From a virus (Duplodnaviria; Caudoviricetes), in IMG/VR virus record IMGVR_UViG_3300048854_000042, positions 1 to 33,333 of that record: a stretch of DNA of 33,333 bases; one strand, given 5' to 3'. Shown piece after piece: positions 25,463 through 32,056 of the stretch; the first letter of the stretch is position 1; the number at the start of each line of letters is the position of its first letter. Made by a program: the position numbers and the translations under genes. The notes beneath the pieces are model-generated. The model was given only the letters and a program-made list of their open reading frames with translations, had not been told where the DNA came from and did no database searches.

Positions 25463-26227
25463 TTATGCGAGAGCAGTCTCGCCGTCCGAGACGGGCACGT
25501 AGACAACCAGCGGCATGTCCATGAAGGACGAGTCCAAGCGGTACACGATGGCGAGGCGGCGAAGTTCGCAGCGCCACTCGTCCGGGTCGTAGGAGTCGTG
25601 CGTCTTCTGGAGCATGTGGATCAGCTCGCGGTGCGCCGAGGGCGCGATTCCTTCACCAATCAGTCCTTCCCACGACATGCCGTTCTGGTGCGGACGGAGG
25701 GACGCCGCGTCCTGATCGGACAGCAGGGCACCGGCAGCGCACGCAAGGCCATCACGGCCACGATAGGCGCACCCACGGCGCTCGACGAGCAGACTGCGAG
25801 CGTTCTGCTTCAGCAGATGTTTGGCGGCCTGCTCAAAGACCTCCTGCGCCGATGCAGTCGGCAGGGTCGCGAGGGTGATAGTCCAGGCGAGGCCGTGCTT
25901 GGTCGCCACAGAACGAAGCGACGCTTCCCACAGTTCGACCGGCTTGTGATCGTGGATGCGCTGCAACTGCGTGATGAGGTCGCGGTGGCTGTCGGGGAAA
26001 ATGTACGAACCCCAGCCCGAACCCTCCAGCCTCGGCGAGTATTCCTCATCCGCGATCAGGCACCCAGCGGCGCACTGAAGGCCGTCGACGCCGCGATAGG
26101 CGCACGTGCTCTTGACGCCTCCGTCGAGCGTGGACTGCCTGCGCTGCCGCAAGAGGTGATCGCGGACCTGTTCGAAGACCTGCTGGGCCGTGGCGGTTGC
26201 GAGGGTTGCGAGAGTGATCTTGGTCAT
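25463..26227 (-). CDS. Early protein with a tandemly duplicated CAYRG/CAAG/LQxxHD domain
   Basis: Two homologous units of about 115 aa; GGAGG RBS. Confidence 0.85.
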   Translation of the reverse strand: MTKITLATLATATAQQVFEQVRDHLLRQRRQSTLDGGVKSTCAYRGVDGLQCAAGCLIADEEYSPRLEGSGWGSYIFPDSHRDLITQLQRIHDHKPVELWEASLRSVATKHGLAWTITLATLPTASAQEVFEQAAKHLLKQNARSLLVERRGCAYRGRDGLACAAGALLSDQDAASLRPHQNGMSWEGLIGEGIAPSAHRELIHMLQKTHDSYDPDEWRCELRRLAIVYRLDSSFMDMPLVVYVPVSDGETALA

Positions 26228-26230
26228 GGC

Positions 26231-26419
26231 TTACGCCTCCGGATTGAGGGGAACGGTGGAGATCACGCGGATGCCGCGCGAACGTGCTTCGTTGCTGGCG
26301 TGCAGCTCTGCGTCGTAGAGCGCCTCGGCCTTGCAGCTCTCTGCCCACTTCCGTCCCTCGTGTTCGAAGACGGTGACGTAGGAGCGGAGCGGGTTTCTTG
26401 ATGCGGACTTGCGGGCCAT
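26231..26419 (-). CDS. Early hypothetical protein (62 aa)
   Basis: MARKSASRNPLRSYVTVFEHEG...; AAGGA RBS. Confidence 0.7.
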   Translation of the reverse strand: MARKSASRNPLRSYVTVFEHEGRKWAESCKAEALYDAELHASNEARSRGIRVISTVPLNPEA

Positions 26420-26447
26420 GCGGGTTCCTTGCTGGTCGTTGGGCATG

Positions 26448-26470
26448 AAAAAGCCGCCTCGCGGGCGGCC
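26448..26470 (-). terminator. Intrinsic terminator in the early region
   Basis: GCCGCC-CGCGA-GGCGGC-TTTTT. Confidence 0.7.
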
Positions 26471-26484
26471 GTGGTGTGTGGTGC

Positions 26485-26524
26485 TGGCGTTCGCTGCTGC
26501 CCCCTCGTGGGAAGGGGCAGGGAC
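26485..26524. repeat. 40-bp intergenic hairpin repeat, copy 1
   Basis: 38/40 identical to 28352-28391. Confidence 0.85.
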
Positions 26525-26529
26525 TAACG

Positions 26530-26823
26530 TCAGGCGGTGTAGAACTGGCGAGCGATCAACAGGCCGGCCGCGAAGGCTTCGGCTTCCTTCTCGGTGCGTA
26601 GGTCTGCGATGCAGTCCACGCCGCCCTCCGTCTGGTGGGCGTACACGCTCCAGAACGTCTCGCGACCCTTGGCGGCCTCGGGGTCGTCCTCGACGCGGAA
26701 GACCTCCCCGCCGTCGTCTACGCACTCGCTGATTTCGATGGCTCCATCCCAGCCGGTCAGGGCCGCCGGGACACCTTCGCCGATCAGCACGGCGGCCAGC
26801 ACTTTCAGTTCGGCGCTATGCAT
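26530..26823 (-). CDS. Early hypothetical protein (acidic)
   Basis: 97 aa, GAGGA RBS. Confidence 0.75.
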   Translation of the reverse strand: MHSAELKVLAAVLIGEGVPAALTGWDGAIEISECVDDGGEVFRVEDDPEAAKGRETFWSVYAHQTEGGVDCIADLRTEKEAEAFAAGLLIARQFYTA

Positions 26824-27124
26824 GTGCAGTCCTCAACTCGCTTGCGTAGGTGACGAGCAGCTCGGCGCGGAAGTCGTCCTCGGCCAGCTCGCGTTTCCCG
26901 TCCTCCAGCCAGAAGCCGAGGGCCAGCCAATAGATGTCCCCGGCAGGATCGAAGCCGGAGTCGGCGCACCACTCGCGCCACTCCTCCAAGTCGAAGCGAA
27001 CGATAGGAAAGAGGTCGCACTCGCGGCGCTCCCACTGCGCGGACTCGATGACAAGCCCCGTCTTCGAGTTGACGATCCACCAGCCTGCATGGGCGTCAAC
27101 ACGTATGGTCTCGACGCCATCCAT
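26816..27124 (-). CDS. Early hypothetical protein (acidic, Trp-rich)
   Basis: MDGVETIRVDAHAGWW... at a TGATG overlap. Confidence 0.7.
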   Translation of the reverse strand: MDGVETIRVDAHAGWWIVNSKTGLVIESAQWERRECDLFPIVRFDLEEWREWCADSGFDPAGDIYWLALGFWLEDGKRELAEDDFRAELLVTYASELRTAHA

Positions 27125-27561
27125 CAGCGGAACCACCTGCGCCCGATGGACGCGCCCAGCTCGCGACGAGCGAACGCGCGGATGCCGTCGCCGCTTACGT
27201 CGGTCGGGCCGTTCTCGCGCCAGTATTCCCACAGCGCGCTCGCCAGCACAGCGCACGCCGCCGCACGGAACTCCATGGGGAAATACTGGCCCGCGCAGTA
27301 GCTCAAGGTCTTGCCGTCCCACGACAGCCTGCCGCTGAATGCGCGGCGCATGGCGTCCTTGAGGGCCTGCGCGTCGATCCCGTTCCGCCAACCCACAGCC
27401 GAGAGCATTCGCTCCGCGTGCTGAAGCTGCTTCGTTGCTTCGCGAACGTCGGCCCGGTACGAGGTGGCGTCGCCGTAATTGCCGTACTCGAAGCCTGGAC
27501 GCTGCCTCACGTATTTCTGGAGTGCGCTCAGGATCAGCTCACGCTCGTCTGTGGTGTTCAT
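27124..27561 (-). CDS. Early hypothetical protein
   Basis: 145 aa, GGAGG RBS, ATGA overlap. Confidence 0.8.
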   Translation of the reverse strand: MNTTDERELILSALQKYVRQRPGFEYGNYGDATSYRADVREATKQLQHAERMLSAVGWRNGIDAQALKDAMRRAFSGRLSWDGKTLSYCAGQYFPMEFRAAACAVLASALWEYWRENGPTDVSGDGIRAFARRELGASIGRRWFR

Positions 27562-27797
27562 GCTTCTTCCTCCTGCGCCTTCTCGTACGCGGCGAACGCG
27601 TCAAACACCTGAGAGAACCCGCCGAAGCGCGTGTCGTTGCGGAGCGCGCGGAGCAGGCCCCACTGGCGCCGGTTATCAGTCATCCAGTCTTCGCGGAGCT
27701 GCGCCTGCCAGTTGCGGCCCTGTTCGGCCTTGTAGGTGGCGAGCGCTCCCGCATAGGGCGTGATGAGCGCGATGGCTTCACTTTTCTTGAGACGCAC
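27558..27797 (-). CDS. Early hypothetical protein
   Basis: 79 aa, AGGAG RBS, GTG start. Confidence 0.75.
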   Translation of the reverse strand: MRLKKSEAIALITPYAGALATYKAEQGRNWQAQLREDWMTDNRRQWGLLRALRNDTRFGGFSQVFDAFAAYEKAQEEEA

Positions 27798-27799
27798 GG

Positions 27800-28030
27800 T
27801 TAGAACTCCTGCCCGATCTGATAGGCGATGAAGTGACGGCCCGCGTGTCGCCCCTCACTCACGCAGGCGAACCGCACGGGTGCCTCGCGAGACGATGCGA
27901 ACAACGGACCTTCAAGGTGGATGACGTGACACCGGGCGAACTTGCGCACGGCTTCAAAGATGTTTTCGGCGACGACGATGCGGCTGGGCTTAACCCGGCC
28001 GTTCACTTCAGCGATGCGATACGCACGCAT
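27800..28030 (-). CDS. Early hypothetical protein
   Basis: 76 aa, G-rich RBS. Confidence 0.65.
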   Translation of the reverse strand: MRAYRIAEVNGRVKPSRIVVAENIFEAVRKFARCHVIHLEGPLFASSREAPVRFACVSEGRHAGRHFIAYQIGQEF

Positions 28031-28054
28031 GTGACCCCCCGAATCGCGGGCAAC

Positions 28055-28082
28055 AAAAAACCCGCTGAGTTACCAGCGGGTT
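28055..28082 (-). terminator. Intrinsic terminator in the early region
   Basis: AACCCGCTG-GTAACT-CAGCGGGTTTTTT. Confidence 0.85.
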
Positions 28083-28112
28083 CGATGGGTTACGCCTGGA
28101 GTCGTTAGGGCG

Positions 28113-28316
28113 CTACAGGACCTTGACGAGGACCGCAGCGACTGCGCCGACCACGCCGACCACGAGGGCGCCGAAGGCGACCATCGGGTAGTAGCGCAGC
28201 TCCGCGTTGATCTTCGACGTCTCAGCGCCGAGCTTCATCGTCTCCGCGATGGTCTTGGAGATGTTCGCGTGGATCAGTTCGAGGTCGGCGGCGTTCACGG
28301 TCTTGGCCTCAGCCAT
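28113..28316 (-). CDS. Small protein with C-terminal transmembrane helix
   Basis: 67 aa, AGGAG RBS, coiled N-terminal part and hydrophobic tail. Confidence 0.8.
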   Translation of the reverse strand: MAEAKTVNAADLELIHANISKTIAETMKLGAETSKINAELRYYPMVAFGALVVGVVGAVAAVLVKVL

Positions 28317-28351
28317 TGGATGCTCCTAGCGTATCAGGGTGAATGGGTGTG

Positions 28352-28391
28352 TGGCATTCGCTGCTGCCCCCTCGTGAGAAGGGGCAGGGAC
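28352..28391. repeat. 40-bp intergenic hairpin repeat, copy 2
   Basis: 38/40 identical to 26485-26524; a shorter core also at 28994-29014. Confidence 0.85.
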
Positions 28392-28396
28392 GAAGG

Positions 28397-28597
28397 TCAC
28401 GCGCTGGTGTGGCGCTTGTGTTCCTCGCTCATGTGGAGGCCGGTACTCACGGCATCCTCGATATCGTCCGTGTAGTGGGCAACATCCTCAGCGCGGCCGG
28501 TCGGCCACCCTTTGAAGGTGACGCGGTACTCGCCGTCACGCTTGCGGATCGTCATGCCGTGTTCGGCCAGCTTGGCCTTGGCGGTCTTCAGGTTCAT
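28397..28597 (-). CDS. Early hypothetical protein
   Basis: 66 aa, ATGA overlap. Confidence 0.75.
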   Translation of the reverse strand: MNLKTAKAKLAEHGMTIRKRDGEYRVTFKGWPTGRAEDVAHYTDDIEDAVSTGLHMSEEHKRHTSA

Positions 28598-28707
28598 TTG
28601 GCCCCCCGTACGCCGTCTTTGGCGTTCTGGCGGACCTTGTGGCGGACGATGGCGTCGCGGATGCGGGCCACAGTCTTCGGGTCGGGCTTGTTGAATTCGA
28701 TAGGCAT
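28594..28707 (-). CDS. Early small protein (37 aa)
   Basis: MPIEFNKPDPKTVARIRDAIVRH...; TAAGGAG RBS. Confidence 0.65.
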   Translation of the reverse strand: MPIEFNKPDPKTVARIRDAIVRHKVRQNAKDGVRGAK

Positions 28708-28718
28708 GTGGGCTCTCC

Positions 28719-28850
28719 TTAGGCCGGGATCACGAGACAACGGACAGCGCCATAGGCGGTGTCGAGACGGTCGGCTTGGTCATAAGCCCGAGTCAGGCTT
28801 TTCCAGCGGCCGAGGATCTTCCTGCTGCGTGCGTCGATGACGTGGTACAT
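28719..28850 (-). CDS. Early small protein (43 aa)
   Basis: MYHVIDARSRKILGRW...; AAGGAG RBS. Confidence 0.65.
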   Translation of the reverse strand: MYHVIDARSRKILGRWKSLTRAYDQADRLDTAYGAVRCLVIPA

Positions 28851-28852
28851 GC

Positions 28853-28936
28853 TCAGAACTCCTTCTGGTTCGTGGGGATGCCGTATGCGTCCCCGGCTGG
28901 TCTTCTGCGGTACTTCCAGCGGTCGAGTGCGTTCAT
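28853..28936 (-). CDS. Early peptide (27 aa)
   Basis: MNALDRWKYRRRPAGDAYGIPTNQKEF; GGAG RBS. Confidence 0.5.
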   Translation of the reverse strand: MNALDRWKYRRRPAGDAYGIPTNQKEF

Positions 28937-29178
28937 GTGTTCTCCGTGTCGTGGGGGTTGGTAACGGCAGCGCGCTTCCGGTGCTGCCAGTGATGCCCCC
29001 TCGTCGAAGGGGCATGACTCGCGTCACCAATGCGTAACCGTTACGACATCGCAATCATTTGGGCGTAATTAGCCCGTGGCATCTGCATCAGTGCGCCTTG
29101 CGGCATAGCTGGTCAGTGAATAGCCCGGTGGATTCGTGCTGGTGGGTGGTGCCGGTCGTTGCCTTGACCGTGGAACCT

Positions 29179-29206
29179 AGCTTACAGCCAAATTACGTTT
29201 CGTCAA
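29179..29206 (-). promoter_or_regulatory. Host sigma70-type early promoter
   Basis: TTGACG-16 nt-TAAGCT. Confidence 0.7.
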
Positions 29207-29427
29207 GCGTTGCGTGGCGGTACTCGTTCCGTCGTGCAGTGCCCGGCAGGGCGGAGGCGGTGCCTCCGTTCGCCGCTCGTTTCCCTCGGGGGCCATCAGG
29301 CTAGTCCCTCGGTTCCCTTGCGGCTCCACGTTTGCCCTTGGGGCGGCCCGTGGTGCCCTGTGGTCCATCACTGCGCAGGCCGTGAGGCGTGCCAGTCAGC
29401 GGCGGTCCGTGCCTCGACTTGGAGCCC

Positions 29428-29455
29428 ATCCTATCACCAAATTACGAATCGTCAA
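29428..29455 (-). promoter_or_regulatory. Host sigma70-type early promoter
   Basis: TTGACG-16 nt-TAGGAT with TGn extension; the spacer shares CGTAATTTGG with the promoter at 29179. Confidence 0.7.
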
Positions 29456-29707
29456 GCGTTCCGTATGCGCAATCGTTACGGGTCGTCAGTGGCCCTGTGT
29501 GGCCGTTGGGGTCGTGAGGTAGGCCATGGGCCGGGCAGGGCGGCGGGCGGGCCGTGTGGTGCCGTGTGCGGTGCCGGTGGGTCGTGAGGGTTCGTTAGGG
29601 GTCGTGAGCAAAACGACAGATGAGGACAGACACGAGCGCAAACACGACAGCGCAGGGCAGGCCATTGGTGGCCGTGAGTTGCCCAGGGTGATCGTGTGAT
29701 AGCTCGT

Positions 29708-29791
29708 GAGGTGCCGCACCGCATCCCGTATCTGGTGCAGATGCATGTGTATCAGGCACTTACGTAACGAGGTGCCGCCAGAGGTGCCGCC
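29708..29791 (+). repeat. GAGGTGCCGC x3 around an IHF-consensus site
   Basis: Copies at 29708, 29769 and 29781; TATCAGGCACTTA at 29750-29762. Confidence 0.7.
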
Positions 29792-29930
29792 GAGATAGGC
29801 ACCGCGCGGCTACGCGGGCGCGTCAATGATCGCGCGAGGGTCGTCAGGGGCCGAGGGGGTACAGGGGGGACTCGCGCGCCTGCGGACTGTCAGATACCCC
29901 AACGGAAATTTCTGCTAAACATTTCAGGGG

Positions 29931-30233
29931 TCAGCGGAGCGCGCCGCGCTTTTCCAGGCACCGCTCTGCCACGAGGGTGCGCCACTCGTCCGCAGGGAAG
30001 CCCGGCGTCTTGTAGACCGCATCTATGGCATCCATGCGGGCCTGTTCGAGGTCCTTGTCGGCGAGTGGCGGCAACTGCTTGAGGTCCTGCTTAGGAATGC
30101 CGAGGTCGTGTTGCTCAGCTAGGTGACCGTAGAAGTTGCCGAGCTTCAGACACGCCAGCGCGATTCCGCGAGAGTCGTCAGCGTGGGCGCTGTGGATCGC
30201 GAAGACGGCTAGGACGACGAGAAGGCGTTTCAT
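29931..30233 (-). CDS. Secreted/periplasmic small protein
   Basis: MKRLLVVLAVFAIHSAHA signal peptide with AxA site; two Cys. Possible extended -10 (TGtTATATT) at 30263-30271. Confidence 0.7.
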   Translation of the reverse strand: MKRLLVVLAVFAIHSAHADDSRGIALACLKLGNFYGHLAEQHDLGIPKQDLKQLPPLADKDLEQARMDAIDAVYKTPGFPADEWRTLVAERCLEKRGALR

Positions 30234-30307
30234 GCTAAGTGCTTGTTCGTGCAGGGGCGCGGAATATAACAGTGAACATAGGAGCGAAGCGACAGGAGAG
30301 AGAAGCA

Positions 30308-30352
30308 AAGACTCCTAAAGGTACATAAGGACTCCCTGAAGACTCCTCATGG
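30308..30352 (+). repeat. Short GACTCC(C)T repeats resembling T7 terminal CCTAAAG arrays
   Basis: AAGACTCCTAAAG, GGACTCCCTGAAG, AAGACTCCTCATG. Confidence 0.5.
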
Positions 30353-30415
30353 TTACGCCTGGTTATCACCTCCATCATCCACTCCCACCTCCCTGTTGTG
30401 GGAACTGAACCTTCG

Positions 30416-30610
30416 CTACGACCGAATTGCCATTGCAGGAGGTGTCAAGTGAGCCTGCACTGCTACGGCACCACTTCCGGCAATCTTGACCGCAGCGATG
30501 ACTGTCTGCGCGGAGACTCCAAGCACCAACCCCCACAGCATCACGTCGTAGTCATCGCTCACATCAACACGCGTCGTTAGAGGTTTGTAAGCGTCCGGCC
30601 GCTCTGTCAT
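30416..30610 (-). CDS. DUF3606-like protein
   Basis: RVDVSDDYDVMLW...LGVS...VIAAVKIAG....AVQAHL pattern. Confidence 0.65.
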   Translation of the reverse strand: MTERPDAYKPLTTRVDVSDDYDVMLWGLVLGVSAQTVIAAVKIAGSGAVAVQAHLTPPAMAIRS

Positions 30611-30715
30611 GCATATCCAGGCCCATCACGCCAGCGGCAAATGCCGGACCGAGCGTACGGATAGGTCAGCTTAGCCCCTCGGCTGCACCTCTGCGTGATG
30701 AGAGCAGATGCGCGG

Positions 30716-30940
30716 TCACAGCTTCGGTGCAAGCGTTTCCTGCTGAAGCCGCTGCACCGCTGCACGGCCAAGCACCATCGCGTCCGCCACTGCATCCAGT
30801 GGACTGTCAAATAATTTATCCCCGAAACCGGTCTCCACTGCATCACCGGCTAGGTCTCTGACCTCGTACATAGCGACTCGCCCAACGCCATCGGGACCGG
30901 GAGCACTGCCAAAGCAGCATTGATAAAGCATCCTGGGCAT
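30716..30940 (-). CDS. Hypothetical protein
   Basis: 74 aa, AGGAAGGA RBS. Confidence 0.6.
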   Translation of the reverse strand: MPRMLYQCCFGSAPGPDGVGRVAMYEVRDLAGDAVETGFGDKLFDSPLDAVADAMVLGRAAVQRLQQETLAPKL

Positions 30941-31100
30941 GGATCGTCCTTCCTAAACTATCCACCCTACGCTGCGTCCGTGAATTTGAGGCGATGGCAG
31001 GCCCAGGTGGCCCTGCGCCAGTTCCGGTCATGGCGTGAGAATGTTCAAGATGTCTGAGGATATGGAAGCCATCGGGTTTACCCTCTAGCCGAGCTGACGG

Positions 31101-31313
31101 TTATGGCGTCGAGCTGCTGGAAATATTAGCCTTGCGCTCCGCCTCGATGTCCGCCCACTCGGCACGAACCTCGGCGATGAACTCAGGAACGTGCTCCTTC
31201 ACGATGGTCACCGCAGCGTACGCAGGGACCACGATGAAGCGGAGGATCAGCCACGCCCAGGTGCGGGTGTAGGCGAAGGAGTAGAAACGCTGGAGCTTGG
31301 TCAGTTCGGTCAT
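31101..31313 (-). CDS. Small membrane protein downstream of the lysozyme
   Basis: One hydrophobic helix, ATGA overlap with the lysozyme stop. Confidence 0.7.
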   Translation of the reverse strand: MTELTKLQRFYSFAYTRTWAWLILRFIVVPAYAAVTIVKEHVPEFIAEVRAEWADIEAERKANISSSSTP

Positions 31314-31759
31314 GGGGTTTTCCAGAGGTTGATTTCAGCAGCCCGACGATTCGTCAGGCCGTCATTGACGCGGACGGTGCCGTCCTTGAGGGTTTCTTTG
31401 TTCCACCGCGCAAGCTCCCGAGGAACCGACGCGTAGTCGCCCTGGTTGAGGATGCGGAGCAGGGTGGAAGACATGAGGCGCGAGGCGCCGAGATTGAACA
31501 CGAAGGAGGCCAGTACGATGCGCTGGTTGGCGCTGAGAGGGACGCGCACGAGGCGGTCCACCGCTTCCAGAGCGTGAGCAGCGTCGGCCTTCAGGAGAGC
31601 CCTGGAGGCTGCTAGGCTGATGGTCAGCCCAGGACGAACCTCAGGGCCGGTATGACCGACACCGATGGTCCACTTGCCAGTACCGTCCTTGCGGTCGTTG
31701 TAAGCAGTTAGCCGTTCGCCCTCAACCTTCAGTAGGAAGGCTTCGAGGGCAGGATTCAC
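31310..31759 (-). CDS. Lysozyme (GH24 endolysin)
   Basis: EG.RLTAYND...WTIGVGHT, SFVFNLG, STLLRILNQGDY, GLTNRRAAE. Confidence 0.93.
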   Translation of the reverse strand: MNPALEAFLLKVEGERLTAYNDRKDGTGKWTIGVGHTGPEVRPGLTISLAASRALLKADAAHALEAVDRLVRVPLSANQRIVLASFVFNLGASRLMSSTLLRILNQGDYASVPRELARWNKETLKDGTVRVNDGLTNRRAAEINLWKTP

Positions 31760-31792
31760 AGGTGCAGAAGTGATAGTTCCTCAGGTGGTTGA

Positions 31793-32056
31793 ATGAACGC
31801 CCCAGCGACGCAGCAGGAGACCCTGTACGCCCTTGCGGTGATGTCAGGGGTGCTCGCGTATTGCCCGAAGCACGAGACGTACTACAGGGGCGTGGTGATG
31901 CCTCAGGACGCCATGCCGATCTACGACAGGCACCTCGCAGAGGCACGCGCGTGCTTCAGCTCGCCGGTCGCTTTCTACACGGCGCTGAAGCACGCGCGTG
32001 CGATCCATGAGGACACGTTCTGTCGCCAATGCACACGCGCGGTGGGCTTCGTCTAG
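31793..32056 (+). CDS. Hypothetical protein with CxxH...CxxC motifs, antisense
   Basis: AGGTGG RBS, typical codon usage, fills the gap between terminase and lysozyme. Confidence 0.6.
   Translation: MNAPATQQETLYALAVMSGVLAYCPKHETYYRGVVMPQDAMPIYDRHLAEARACFSSPVAFYTALKHARAIHEDTFCRQCTRAVGFV

Noticed and set aside
29210-29750. Short ORFs in the promoter and end region
   Set aside because: They lack ribosome-binding sites, have atypical composition and overlap promoter elements, so the region is treated as non-coding.
26485-29791. CRISPR or mini-array interpretation of the repeats
   Set aside because: Copies are few and irregularly spaced, some are separated by whole genes, and no cas genes are present.
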